From Octopus vulgaris (taxonomy: Eukaryota), in NCBI GenBank assembly GCA_951406725.2, contig OX597835.1:43648001-43712000 (forward strand): 64,000 nucleotides of DNA, in the 5' to 3' direction. This document shows, piece after piece, positions 43,985-58,279 of the stretch; the stretch's first letter is position 1, and every line of letters begins with the position of its first letter. The notes under the pieces are model-generated. The model was not told where the DNA came from. It was given only the letters and a program-made list of their open reading frames with translations, and did not search any database. The translations under genes were made by a program, and so were the position numbers.

Positions 43985-44540
43985 ATATGCATACATACAT
44001 ACATACATATATGCATGCATGCATGCATACATATATACATACATACATATATGCATGCATACATACATACATACATACATACATACATACATACATACAT
44101 GCATACATACATACATACACCCATACATACATACATTCACACATACATACATGCATTCATACATACAAAAATGCATGCATGCATACATACATACATACAT
44201 ACATGCGTACATACATACATACATAAATACATACATGCATGCATGCATACATACATACATACATGCATGCATGCATACATACATACATATATACATGCAT
44301 GCATGCATACATACATACATACATGCATGCATGCATACATACATACAAATATGCATACATACATACATACAAACATACATACATACATGCATGCATACAT
44401 ACATGCATACATACATGCATACATACATGCATACATACATACATACATACATACATACATACATACATAGATACATACATACATAGATACATACATAGAT
44501 ACATACATACATACATACATACATACATACATACATACAT
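43985..44540. repeat. (TACA)n/(TGCA)n microsatellite
   Basis: Direct reading. Confidence 0.97.
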
Positions 44541-45113
44541 ACATAATGAAATCCGTCGGAAGTATAACCCCGAGAACAGAGATATAAGAGCCCACAGTAT
44601 GGTATAAGCCATAGCCACTCATAATAAAAAGGTGTCCTGGTGGAATGTAAGTGAAGACCTCAATAAAATGTAAGCACAACAGACCTGATATAATGAGTTG
44701 GGATAGAGAAGAGAAACTGTGCACAGTTGTGGAGATTAGCTGCCCAGCGGATGTTAACATAAAGCTGAAGATCAGTGTAAAAGAGAGCACTTATGCTCAA
44801 CTATTGAGAAATCTAGAGCTACTCTACTCTATTCAGATTACAAGTTTAGGTTTATACCTATAATTATTGGGGCCCAGGGATATGTAACACACTGCCTAAA
44901 TACCAATCTTGAGAAATTAGGCTTCTCAAAACCAGAAAGAAGAAAGCTAATTCGAAGACTACTGATCGAATCCATCACTGGAACTGTAAAAATCTGTAAA
45001 ACTTTCCAGAAGTTTATCATTTAAATATATATGAGCTTGTCTGGATATGCAAGTATATGCATGAGAAGGCATACATAAAACAAAACATACACATCTGCAC
45101 ATATACTTACATA
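44541..45113 (+). mobile_element. 5'-truncated RLE retrotransposon, (TACA)n-associated family, second copy
   Basis: NEIRRK..NP, IKCKHNRPDIMSWDREEKLCTVVEISCPAD, FIPIIIGA, ITGTVKICKTF; 3' UTR GCATGAGAAGGCATACATAAAAC..ATCTGCACATA shared with 4045-4960. Confidence 0.87.
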
Positions 45114-45189
45114 CTGAGGTTAATAAATAGCACCTATATTGCCAGAAATATGAGTTAAAACTCTTAAACTACATAAGCGTGCGCACACA

Positions 45190-45243
<54 letters not shown>

Positions 45244-45297
45244 TACATACACTAACAGGGAAGATAACCACTCATGAGCAAAGCTGGGAAACCACTG

Positions 45298-45343
45298 GAC
45301 TAGACTAGTTTCGCCTGTTAATTGCAGACTCGTCAGCAGCGTC
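45298..45343 (-). ncRNA. Minimal type I hammerhead ribozyme motif, intact core
   Basis: CTGACGA-GTCTG-caattaa-CAGGC-GAAAC-TA-GTC with a palindromic stem III as in Penelope-type hammerheads; stem I is weak. Confidence 0.7.
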
Positions 45344-45590
45344 TATTCCTATTGTTCGGATGGTTCAGCTAAAATCGCCCGTCAGTATAATTATTTAGCT
45401 TATAATTCTATGGCTGATTTAGCGAAATGCTAATGTGTATATTAATGTGTAAATTTACACACATACCACACACCATCATGCACACTCCCACATCCACACA
45501 AGCCCATAATACCTGAAGAAAGACAATACACATGCACACACACACACATACACACACACATAATACCTGAAAAAGACAATATATACACAT

Positions 45591-45624
<34 letters not shown>

Positions 45625-46029
45625 CACGTATAAACAAACGAAACACACATACACAAAATAACTTTCGACCACATACATGCACTATACACATGCACACTTT
45701 TTAGTTACATTGACACACATACATACACATGTGTATACACCACGTGTTTAAGTATGCATCAACTGCTACACACAACACACACATACACGCATCTACACAC
45801 ACACACACACGTCAAAGTCACTTGCCTCCATTCACACATACACACACTCACACACACCATTCTCACATATACACACACGCTTGCGCACCTCCTCTTGTTG
45901 GGATCACCAAGAATTAGTTCCCCTTCATTCAACCTCTCTTTATTATTATCTCCCTTTCATTCAACCTCTTTTTCTTTTCAATCATTCGTCATGTTGAACC
46001 TCTAAACTCAACACGTTTTTTCCATTCTC

Positions 46030-46175
46030 TGTTTATTTTCTCGTATTCCTTTCTGCTGAAGAGCGTAGGCTCGAAACGTAAAAGACTTTTCCATTTCTCC
46101 CGAGCGTCAAACTAATACACTTGCTTGTTGTTCCTACACCTGTCGTTGACTTTGTTTTTCTATAAATTTGAACTA
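46030..46175 (+). mobile_element. Penelope-type pLTR-like fragment with variant hammerhead core, ending in (TA)n
   Basis: CTTT-CTGCTGA-A-GAGC-GTAG-GCTC-GAAAC-GTA-AAAG; diverged direct copy 610 bp downstream. Confidence 0.6.
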
Positions 46176-46555
46176 TATATATATAATATTACATTATAAA
46201 TACATATTGATATAAATAAGGATAAGACAATTATTTACAACAACGATCATATCAAGTGGCCAGCATGGGAAGAAAAACCCTATAGGTAATAATAATTATT
46301 ATTAAAAATTATAATTGAGGGTATCTAAGAGATACCATTATGCTAGAGATGGAAGTCAAAGCCTGACTTCAGAACTACATCCAGTATTGATGCATCACAA
46401 GGTGAAAAGACAAATAGACAAATAAACTAGCAAATTACTGGATAATTCTAGACCCAGGTTACTGGCTCTGTATAAAAAATATACTTTGTCTCCTCAGTGA
46501 GACATGCCAAAATATAGTATATATATATAACATACGAATACTTACATATACCCAC

Positions 46556-46601
<46 letters not shown>

Positions 46602-46604
<3 letters not shown>

Positions 46605-46790
46605 TGATCGTTAGCTACTATACACATTTTTTTCTCTCTTTGTTTCTTTTCTGTGTATCTTTCTGTAGAAGAGCGTAGGCTCGAAACGTAAAATACTTTT
46701 TCTACTCCTGAGCGTTATTCTAATACATCTGTTTGTTTGTACACCACCTGCCTTCGTCTTTTGTTTATTTTCATAAACTTTCCCTTTATA
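46602..46790 (+). mobile_element. Second pLTR-like fragment between (TA)n tracts
   Basis: TTT-CTGTAGA-A-GAGC-GTAG-GCTC-GAAAC-GTA-AAA, followed by CCTGAGCGT..CTAATACA as in 46030-46175. Confidence 0.6.
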
Positions 46791-47619
46791 TATATATATA
46801 TATATATATATCTTTTTTGGGATTTTATTCGATAGATCATGATTTTCAGCTATATATATATATATATGTACGCATATACACAACCAGTTCGATTGTCCGT
46901 CGAAACACCCCGTGGTATAATGGTCAAAATATCACCTTGCACTGTATGAACACTTGATAGATACACACATGAAACGATGTCATAAATATGACCTCTTCGT
47001 TTAAAATTACATTCATATCTGGGTTGCTTGGCAGCACTGACTCTCAACCCTTTGTACTTTCAATGCACCGTTTTCATCGAATAGCGTTTTGCAAACAACC
47101 TGCTTTCAATCAAATATTGCCAATACCATGCATTAAATCGATACAAATTGAAAAAAAACCCCAAAAACAAAACAATCATCAATAATTAACGACCTCATAT
47201 TTAATTGCAGAAAAATCAGTAACTTTTTAAATAATTGCTTTTAATTTAAGCACGAGTCCAATAGTTTTGACGGGAATGTGTTTGGTGATATCATCAGCCC
47301 CTTTATTTGATTGGTGCTTTGTTCTGTCCATTCGGAAGGGATAAAAGGAAACGTTGACCGAAGCAGGATTTGAATTCAGAAAATAAGGAACCGGAACAAT
47401 AGCTCACCACTTTCGGCTTTTGATTATTGGCATAAGGCCAGTAATTTTTGACGAGAGGGGTTCACTCGATTTTCGATTCCAATACATGACTGGGATGTAA
47501 TTCTATCAACCCTGCTAAGATGAATGGTAAAGGCTGACCTCGGTGGGATCTGGACTCAAAACGTCAAGAGTGGGAAGAAATAAAGCCCGGGTCAAAGGTC
47601 ACGCACCAAGACATTTGAC

Positions 47620-47825
47620 ATTTTTTTACGTCCGCATTAGCGAAGGCGGAGGTATTGTTTTCAGTCGTGTTTGTTTATCCGTGGACAAGATATCTCAAGA
47701 GCCGCTGGATGGATTCGAATGAAACTGCCAGGGATGTTTGGTCTTGTGACTGGCAAGGTCTCATTAGATTTTGGGATAGATCTGGTACCGGACAAGGATT
47801 CTGGATTACTTTTCTGATTTTTTTC
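47620..47825 (-). mobile_element. HINE/Helentron-like element fragment
   Basis: TTTTTAC.TCCGC ... GCGGAGGTATTGTTTT hairpin, then GATATCTCAAGA..GGATGGATT..ATGAAACT. Confidence 0.55.
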
Positions 47826-50004
47826 TACTTTACATGTATATGTTAAGTTACTTATATCCCTTGTACACGCACACACATACACACATATACTCACACATTT
47901 CCAGCGTTGAACATTACCATCTCATTTCCATTGTACACACACACACACGCACACACACACAATCGCAAACATACCTCTCGTTTACACACACATACACTCA
48001 CACTTCATCTATAAGGGTTGTTTAAGGATGATGAATGAAACATTCATGTTCCCAGAGATGGATAATTCAAACTAAAAAGAATTCATCTCAACACATGGCT
48101 ATGATGCTCCCCCACGACTTCTGCTCATTATCAGAGATGCACATATCGTCAGCCACCAAGGGACATGGTCAACTGGTTAAGGTCAAACAACTGACAAGCA
48201 AATCGAGATACGCCTACTCATTTCAGCCGGAGTGCTAACGTTTCTGCCAGCTCACCGCCTTTGATTTAGTTATGATAAAAGTATTTATGATAAAATACAC
48301 ATCACTTAAGAACATTATCTATGTAAGAGTTATGATGGCGAGTTGGCAGAATCGCTAGCACGTCGGGGAATAATGTTTTCTGCTATTTCGTCCGGCTAAT
48401 TAGGCTCACAGTTCAAGTTCCATTGGGGTCAGCTTTGCCTTTGATTCTCTCGGGGTTAGATCAAATATCTGAGTTGATTACATTGACTTACCTTTCCCCT
48501 TTAAACTGCTGTTGACATGGCACAAACACCAGAAAGAATTATTTGTGCGAGAGTTGAAAATAATTGTTGCAGGAATATAACGAAACATTTTGTCCTTTAA
48601 TTTTTGATAAAAAAAAAGTCATTTCCAAAAGCTTTATTTCCTGATTTAGATCTAAAAAAGGGAATTGAAGATATTGGGTCTTGGCGCATGCTCAGTGATA
48701 TCACATTCTACTCACATTGTAACCCTGCCAAAGAATTTTCTTAAAACTGTATTCAAAACAAAAGCATTGCGTTTGGTTTAAAAATTTTATTTGAAGAAAA
48801 ATTCATCACTGTCCCCTTTTAATATCACGTGATCCCCATTGCACCTACATAGCATTTTCTTAACGCTCTTCAATCCATTATAAGCTAATCATGCCCCCAT
48901 AGGACGTTAACACTCATGTAAAGAACCTACGCTTTGTTGGTTATCCTACAGAGCCGGTTTCCTGATTTCTCTGGCGTACATATCCCACCCACCTCGACGG
49001 GATGCTGGTCTGCTGTGGAATCACTCATTTTTTCACCAGCTGAGTGATCTGCAGCAAAGTGAAATGAAGTGTTTTGCTCAAGAACACTACACATTGTTCG
49101 ACCCAGGAATCGAAACCACGGCCTTAAGATTAGGAGTCCAACACTCCAACCACCAAGCCATGAGCTTCCATGATTTGTATGATTATTAAATCAGATTATA
49201 ATATTCTTTGTCCCGGAAGGATGAAAGACAAAGAAGACTTTGACGAAATTTGAACCCAGAACGTAAAAGCTGTAACAGAATACAGCAAGAATAATATCCG
49301 GCGCTCTAACGATTATTTTGAGAAAAAACACATTGGACATGATGGGTCATCAATTTTACGATAATCAGAATAAACGAAAGTTGAAAATATCAGACTACAA
49401 TTACACAAACGTTGGAAGTAAGAAAGCTCAAATAACATGTATGGAAGCGCTGTAGAGCCAGAAAATACAAGCAATAACACGGTTTTTAAAACTTCACTAC
49501 ATCAAAAAGCCATATGGTGGATATAACAATATAATTTATTCCCTTTGACTATGCACGAGGTGGGACTTTGATTTTAGAAAAGTGAATGAACGTGATTACG
49601 TGACATTTATGCCTTTACCAAATACATTAATGACATTAGTTAAACTAAGAGACTCTCTACGGCGTTGATTGACCTGCAGGGGATATAATTCGAACTATTC
49701 ATAAAACAAACTATCAACTCTTTCTCATGAATGGAATAAGTGATAAGCGTCCACCAGAAATTTCTCACGGAAAACCTCAACACACATCGCGTTGCTGCGA
49801 ATTTTCTTACTTGGTTCATGATATTCGACCAAAACAATATTCCATAACAAATTTATGACCATTATTTACATTATTAACATTTGACGAATATTTGTCCTCA
49901 TCTTGTTTGTTGTTAACACGTTTCGGCTAATATATATATAATATATATCAGGTGCCTTGGGGAAATTTTCGAAGCTGGGTTCTCATTCCTAAGGTATTTT
50001 TCGA

Positions 50005-50038
<34 letters not shown>

Positions 50039-50056
50039 CTTCTTCTTCTTCTTCTT

Positions 50057-51021
<965 letters not shown>

Positions 51022-51032
51022 GGGCACCCCAA

Positions 51033-51078
51033 AACACCTGATGAAGGCTGGAGGGTATATCAGCCGAAACGTTTTGTT
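51033..51078 (+). ncRNA. Minimal type I hammerhead ribozyme motif, intact core
   Basis: AACAC-CTGATGA-A-GGCTG-gagggtatat-CAGCC-GAAAC-GTT-TTGTT. Confidence 0.72.
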
Positions 51079-51322
51079 AACAACAAACAAGATGATGACA
51101 AATATCCGTCAAATGTAAATAATGTAAATAATGTACATAATTCCTATCTCTTAAATATAGAACTGTAAATTTATGACCCCTTAAAATTCGGAATCGTATA
51201 TTCTTACCTTCTTTCTTTTGCTTTACTTCATTCTTTTCTCTTTCATTCTTTGAGAGTCTTTCTCAGACTCTCTTCTGCTTCTTCCTTCGGCTTATTTCTC
51301 TCCATTGCACACATTGTTAGTG

Positions 51323-51560
51323 AAGGCGCGTGGCATGGTGGTTAGGGGCATTCGGCTCAAGATCGTAAGGTCGTGATTTCGATTCCAGTCAACGCGCTGT
51401 GTTCTTGAGCGAGACACTTTACTTCACATTGCTCCAGTCCACTGGCAAAAATGAGTTGCACCAGTATTTCAAAGAGCCAGCCTTGTCACACTCTGTGTCA
51501 TGCTAAGTCTCTCATTAGCAGGTTGTCTCGTTGGTTGGATGAACTAGAGCCCTCGTCATC
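51323..51560 (+). mobile_element. tRNA-derived SINE family C (Meta-domain-like core)
   Basis: GGCGCGTGGCATGGTGGTTAGG ... GATTTCGATTCC ... GTGTTCTTGAGCGAGACACTTTACTTCACATTGCTCCAGTCCAC; related copies at 48950-49165(-), 52268-52498(+) and 55345-55665(-). Confidence 0.75.
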
Positions 51561-51641
51561 ATAACACATTTTGCTAATTTTTCACTTTATAACTACACGT
51601 TTCAGTCCTGTGTATCCGACACCATACATTGTCTACTTGTA

Positions 51642-52167
51642 TAGTCTTTTCTTTACTGCTGTTTCGGATGAACCATGACTAGTGCCATAACTATACCATG
51701 TAATAAAGTCCTATAATTATTTTGATGATAAACAAAAGAGATGATGTAATAACAAAAGAGATAATGTAATTAATAGTGTTTTCTTTACATCTGTTTCGGA
51801 TGGACCATGACTAGTGCCATAACTATAACATGTAATATAGCCCTATAATCCTTTTGCTGATAAAGGAAAGTGATGATGCAATAACAAAAGGGATGATGTA
51901 ATAACAAAAGAGATGATGTAATTAATAGTGTTTTCTTTACATCTGTTTCGGATGGACCATGACTAGTGCCATAACTATAACATGTAATATAGCCCTATAA
52001 TCCTTTTGATGATAAATGAAAGTGATGATGCAATAACAAAAGTGATGATGTAATAACAAAAGAGGTGATTTAATTAATAGTCTTTTCTTTACATCTATTT
52101 CGGATGAATTGTGACTGGTGGCTTAAATATATTATGTAAAAATGTCCCATAATCCTTTTGATGATAA
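51642..52167. repeat. Tandem repeat, about 3.5 units of 133-152 bp
   Basis: TTTCTTTACATCTGTTTCGGATGGACCATGACTAGTGCCATAACTATA recurs; unit length varies by an AACAAAAGAGATGATGTAAT subrepeat. Confidence 0.9.
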
Positions 52168-52516
52168 GCCGAACCATTCTGTAACATCCGGTAAATTAAC
52201 GTCATGTTTCTCTATAACACGCAGATTTTCGGGTGCCAAATTATGCAATAGTGGCAGTTTTCTGAGCCACTTTATTTCATGTAGCTCCAGTCTACTCAGC
52301 TGACAAAAATGAATTGTATCTGTAAATCAAAGGGCCAGCCTTGTCACATTCAGTAACACACTGAATCTCCCTGAGATCTACGGGAAGAGTATGCGTGTTT
52401 GTGGAGTGCTCAACCACTTGCACGTTAATTTCATGTGCAGGCTGTTCCGTTGATCGGATCAACTAGAACACTCATCGCCGTAACCGACGGAGTACCAGAC
52501 TTGCTTGTGCATGTGC

Positions 52517-52569
<53 letters not shown>

Positions 52570-52887
52570 AATACGCATATATGTATACTTTATCTGCGTA
52601 TTAAAGTTACCATTGGTTTCATGTTAAGAAAGTATCTCAAGAATTTTTCATGGAGGAAGTGTTGTTCGTTTCCATTTCTTAAAAAATGTTAAGATATTTT
52701 CTTAATATGAAACCAATGCCAACCATAGTACACTAATGCAGTATTGAGCACTCATTCTTATTGTTCGACATTTACACACACACGCGCGCACACAAGCATA
52801 CACATATATAAGTATACACACACACACACATATATACATATATATTAATGAATGCGCCTTATCATGTATATATATATATATGTATGT

Positions 52888-52918
<31 letters not shown>

Positions 52919-53639
52919 TATGTATGTATGTATGTATGTATGTATGTATGTATATACATGATAGGGTGCATTCATCAATAAAACCGCATTCTTTGAAAGT
53001 AGATTAGAGAAATAGCAAATTGATTGGAGGCTTGCAAGTAGGCATCAAACACAACGAAAACTATATTCGTCGAAAATTATCCGAATAAATATACATGCAA
53101 AGAAAACAGAGAAATAGTCAAAAATTATTGTTGTTTAATTATTTGGAGCTATTTGAAAAGAAGAAATTATAAAGTTTAAATGAAAAACGAAATATATTTT
53201 CAATTTATTTATTTTTTTTTTTTTTGTATTCTTTGAGAAAATAAATATCAATGGAAGTATATCGAAATATATTTCCGAGTAAATTTCTCATTTTAAAAAA
53301 ATGAATTATTGTAATTTTAAAATATGAACAAATTATTATATATTTTTTTTAAACAAATATATTTTCAATTTATTTTCAGTTTATCTGCGTCCTTTCATGA
53401 AAAAATATGAGTCAATATATGTCAGTAGAAATACATCAGAATTTATTCTCGACTAATATTTTTTTGAACAACATGTTTGTTACGTTTAAAGTCTAACATA
53501 AGAAAGACTAGAATGCTTCCCCATAATTTTCTGTAATAGTTATAAAAGTGGTTTTTGACATTTATACAGAACCATGACACTTAACATTTAAGGATGGTAT
53601 ATTGTGGATTAAATCAACTTAATATTTTGAGTAGTATTA

Positions 53640-53960
53640 AGGCGGCAAAATGGCAGAGTCCGGTAGCACGCCGGAGAAAATGCTCATCCGCATTTCGTCC
53701 ATCTTAGCGCTCTGAGTTTAAATTTCGCCGAAGACGACTTTGCCTTTCATCCTTTCGGGATCGATAAAATAAGTACCTGTTGAACACTAAGATCGATGTA
53801 ATCGACTACCTCCCTTCTTGCTGTGCCAAAATTTGAAATCAATATTCATATGGATACAAGGTGGCAAACTGGCTGAATGTGTAGCACGTCGGGTCGATGA
53901 ATCGACAGTCTCCCTCTGCCGCCCCAGATTACTGGCCTTGTGTCAAAATGTGAAACCAAT
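53640..53960 (+). mobile_element. SINE family B, diverged
   Basis: GGCGGCAAAATGGCAGAGTCC ... GACTTTGCCTTTCATCCTTTCGGGATCGATAAAATAAGTACC. Confidence 0.75.
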
Positions 53961-54409
53961 TATTTGAGTGGCACCTCTGTGATCGAGTCATGTTAGACAG
54001 TGTACAACATAGAGGCATACCTCAACTTATATCGTTTCGAGTTACACTTTTTTTGACTTCATCTGTTTTTCTTTCTTGAAGAAATTAAATGGAAAAACAA
54101 ATATCTCAGCGTTAGTCGATATATCCGGTCTCAGCGGAATTTAAAAGCAGAAAACATTAAAAAAAAAAAATCACCTAAAATAATCCAACACTGAATTAAC
54201 AAAAATCTAATGATATAAGCTTCTAATCATTTATTAAAACATAAGCTAATAAATAGAAAAAAATATTCTTTTCGTGTTACGTTGTTTTTCGTTGTAAGTC
54301 GTCTGGATTGGAACCAGTTACCTACGAAAGCTGATGGGTGCCTGTAGAGGGAGTTGCTGGTAAAAACCTAAGGGACATAATTCAGTGCTGCAGCCTACTC
54401 TATTCATCT

Positions 54410-55270
54410 TTCCCACTGATGGACTGATTATATCAGCAAGGAAGCGGACTCAGTGGATGACATGCTGAACCTCTACAGTTCACTATAGGTCTTAATAGAA
54501 TACTTATTTCTTTACTGCCCACAAGGGGCTAAACACAGAGGGGACAAACAAGGACAGACAGGCGGATTGAGTCGATTATATCGACCACAGTGCGTAACTG
54601 GTACTTAATTTATCGACCCCGAAAGGATGAAAGGCAAAGTCGACCTCGGCAGAATTTGAACTCAGAGCGTAGTAGCAAACGAAATACCGCTAAGCATTTC
54701 GTCCGAGGTGCTAACGTTTCTGCCAGTTCACCGCCTTTGCCAGCTCACCGCCTTAATGGAATACCATCCTTGTGAATCTTAGGGAGACCGTTCATGTGTG
54801 CTAGTTTATTGTGGTGGTGAGTCAGTTGTCTGTACTTCATTGGTGTAAAGTGATCTTTGTTCTTGATCAAGATCTGTGACAAATTCCTCTCTGTTTTCAG
54901 AATTGGGTCTTTATATGACTTGACAACTTTTCCGAGTAGTCAGGCTTGTTCATCGGAAAAGTTGGCAAGTCTTATAAGTGATGGTAGCTACAGCAAAGTA
55001 AAGACCCAACAAAACAGAGAGGAATTTGTAAAGACAAAACAGAGAGGAATTTGTCACAGAGCTTTATCAAGAACAAGGATCACTTTACACAAATGAAGTT
55101 CAGACAACTGGCTCAACACCACAGTAGACTAGCACACATGTACGGTCTCCCGAAGATTCACAAGATTCATGTCATTCACTGAGCCGCTTCCTTGTGGATA
55201 TAATCCGTCCATTAGCAGGAACATCGTACGTGAAGAATTCCACCCATTTCACAGAATTGATCAAGGATAC
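54410..55270. mobile_element. Penelope-like element RT fragment present as a head-to-head inverted duplication
   Basis: Right arm (+): HMYGLPKIHK..HSLSRFLVDIIRPLAG.TSYVKNSTHFTELIKD; left arm (-): HMNGLPKIHKDGIPLRPIVNCRGSACH after removing the SINE; arms meet near 54940. Confidence 0.82.
54504..54751 (-). mobile_element. SINE family B with 13-bp target-site duplication
   Basis: CTTAATAGAATAC (54491-54503) and CTTAATGGAATAC (54752-54764); interrupts the PLE RT reading frame at IPLR. Confidence 0.88.
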
Positions 55271-55344
55271 CCCCATAAAAAATACTTTGTTTATATTTTT
55301 ATGAACTCCTCACACACACGCTACTCATTGCGGTTGTAACAGCT

Positions 55345-55665
55345 GGTCCTCCGTCAGTTATGACGACGAGGGTTCCAGTTGATCCAATAAACAGAACAGC
55401 CTGTTCTGGAAATTAACGTGCATGTGGCTGAGAGCTCCACAGACGCATGCACCCTTAACGTAGTTGTCAGTGAGATTCAGCATGACACAGTGTGTGACAA
55501 GGTTGGCCCCTTTGAAATATAGGCACTACTACTTTTTGCCAGCTGGGTGGACTGGAGCAACGTGAAATAAAGTGACTTTCTCAAAAGACACAACGCGTCG
55601 CCAGGAATTGAACTCACGACATTACGATCGCGTGCCGAATACCCTAACCAGTGAGCCACGTGCCC
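55345..55665 (-). mobile_element. SINE family C, full length
   Basis: Minus strand GGCACGTGGCTCACTGGTTAGGGTATTCGG ... GAGTTCAATTCC ... CACTTTATTTCACGTTGCTCCAGTCCACCCAGCTGG. Confidence 0.8.
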
Positions 55666-55943
55666 TCACATTGTAACAACCACATCTAAAAAATACACAT
55701 CACCAACCAGAAGAATTCAGTGGATAATGAGTAAGGCCTGATTGATTCATAAGCAGTCATCTTCCATTAATTATTGCGTGCCCAATGTATTAAGATCTTG
55801 TCTAATGTTCCCTAATATTTTCTTCTTGTAAGACCCCTGAAATAAGTGAGTGAATCTGAGAAGGGAATATGTAGAATAAACTGATCCTCCTGTTTTTTCT
55901 TTTACCCAAAGCCAGGAACTTTTTCAGCATCCTCTCGCATATG

Positions 55944-56011
<68 letters not shown>

Positions 56012-56170
56012 TCGCCATACTAATATGGCATTCTTATAAAAATAAGAATAAAGCTGTCCGCTTATTAGCTCCATGAGGCCATCGCCTTAAGTTAGCTATT
56101 TGATACACAAACTGTATCCATATAACCTTCGAACAAGGAAGGTCAGTCGCTCCACACTACTTGACCGGCA

Positions 56171-56212
56171 GCTACAGACGCGTTTCGGGGTATTGCCCCT
56201 TTTCAATGCAGC
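56171..56212 (-). ncRNA. Degenerate hammerhead motif
   Basis: GCTGCA-TTGAAAA-GGGG-caata-CCCC-GAAAC-GC-GTC-TGTAGC; all three stems pair but the core has two substitutions relative to CTGAAGA. Confidence 0.6.
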
Positions 56213-56274
56213 GTAGCCAGCCAGTAGGTGTCGCTTCCGACAATCTCTGTTTTAGAGAGACTTAGTAATTTTAA

Positions 56275-56338
<64 letters not shown>

Positions 56339-56408
56339 CTTCACTGAATATACATATATACAATTACGAAGTTGAGACAAATATCACCAGCTGATCGGTG
56401 TCTGCTAC

Positions 56409-56454
56409 TCTAGGCCGATGAAGGACAACGATCCTGAAACACGGTGTCCCTAGA
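56409..56454 (+). ncRNA. Type I hammerhead motif, one core substitution
   Basis: TCTAGG-CCGATGA-AGGA-caacga-TCCT-GAA-ACA-cgg-TGT-C-CCTAGA; stems I, II and III all pair; U4C change in the core. Confidence 0.7.
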
Positions 56455-56765
56455 TGCAGTTCCGGCGGCCGAGGGTGTTTGTCTCCCCTTCGTATATGTA
56501 TATAAGGACACAGGGAAAAAATGTGTCAAAGCTATCAGGAGGTGTTCGATGCTTCCTAGGGCTATACAGCTGTGGTGTACCCCCTACTGTCACGTTCTTG
56601 TTAGATTGACAGTATAAACCATTCTATATATATATATATATATATATTGTTATATTTCGGAATGGTCATTTTGCCAGTTTAGCCAATAAAAACACACGCA
56701 CTATATATTTGGTGTTACTTTGCTTCAGTGTTATTTATTTTTTACATTAATCTTAATCTTATTTC

Positions 56766-56810
56766 GGCCAGAGTTCTTTCGTCACACTCCTGTGACCGCA
56801 TCAGTGGTCC
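56766..56810 (-). ncRNA. Type I hammerhead motif, one core substitution
   Basis: GGACCA-CTGATGC-G-GTCACA-ggag-TGTGAC-GAAAG-aa-CTC-TGGCC. Confidence 0.62.
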
Positions 56811-56897
56811 TTTGTTTTCTTCTTTCTTATTTGTGTCTCTCCTTACTAACCGTCAGCCATTTTGTATTTCTATTGTATGTCTTCATTTGCGCATGCT

Positions 56898-56929
<32 letters not shown>

Positions 56930-56935
56930 AATATA

Positions 56936-57007
<72 letters not shown>

Positions 57008-57215
57008 AGTGTAGATATAATCCCATACATGTTTTCTGTATGTACATACTTTGCAACTCCGAACTTGTAATGAAAAATGTGTAACAGGAAATTGAAATTA
57101 CACCAATTTTTCCTGTTTTTGTTTTAATATATACTTTCTCTGCAAATATGATTAGTGAGAACTTTCAACTTGCAGATGTGCTTCACGCGGATACAGTTTG
57201 GATAGTAACCCATTA

Positions 57216-57247
<32 letters not shown>

Positions 57248-57438
57248 GACAGACACACACTCACACACATTCACACACAGATACAAATATTTGTATATAT
57301 GTGTGTATATATGTATATATTCATCTCTTTCTTCTCTCTCTATCTATCTGCCTGTTTGTCTGACTGTCCATCTATCTATCTGCCCGTCGTTCCATCGTTC
57401 TGTCCATCCATCCACCCGACCACCTATCTATCTGTCTG

Positions 57439-57512
<74 letters not shown>

Positions 57513-57647
57513 CATCCATCCATCCATCCATCCATCATCTATCTATCTATCTATCTATCTATTTGTAGGGTAGTGTCGAGCATGGTAAAACTTGGTAGAA
57601 CACACACACATACACACTCACACACACTCACTCACACACACACACAC

Positions 57648-57699
<52 letters not shown>

Positions 57700-58166
57700 G
57701 GGACATAACTTAGTACGACACTATTTCGTTCTCTGCTTTGCGAATCAATCATCACCAATTCACCATTTCTCCTCGTAATCCAAATAAACAAATCGCCAGA
57801 AATATTTAATGAATACTAACTAATACTTAATTAACAATTAACCAGAGATTCTCCATAAATAACTTAGCGACATTCTGGCGTGTGTATTTATTTGTTGTTT
57901 TCTCAAATAATGTTTTCGTTCTAAACCAAATATTACAAATCATATTTCATCTGTTAATTCTGATTTATATACAAAAAATTTCTAAATGATAACAATTACA
58001 AGTAATTCGAATTGTGAATAAATCATTGCCGTATGTTTGCTAAATATATTTCAAGAATTATATATATATAGTTAATCCAAACATGAAAACACAAAGGGAA
58101 AATGTGAGGACGTGGAACAATATACAGTCTTATTGGACGCTCAGGAAATGAAGGAAAGAAGGAGGA

Positions 58167-58200
58167 TTTAACGTTTCGAGCAGAGCTCTTCGTCAGAAAC
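58167..58200 (-). ncRNA. Minimal hammerhead motif, intact core, in a pLTR-like fragment (about 58070-58270)
   Basis: GTTT-CTGACGA-A-GAGC-tct-GCTC-GAAAC-GTT-AAAT; downstream CCTGAGCGTCCAATAA resembles the 46-kb copies. Confidence 0.68.
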
Positions 58201-58279
58201 ATAGGAAAAGGAAAGATCCACAGGAAAGGAAGACGAAGGAAAAAATCGCCAACGATACACACGCGGTCACATATACATA

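Noticed and set aside
51642-52167. CRISPR-like array or tandem retrozyme
   Set aside because: Whole units repeat with no unique spacers, the context is eukaryotic, and no CUGANGA core lies upstream of the minus-strand GAAAC
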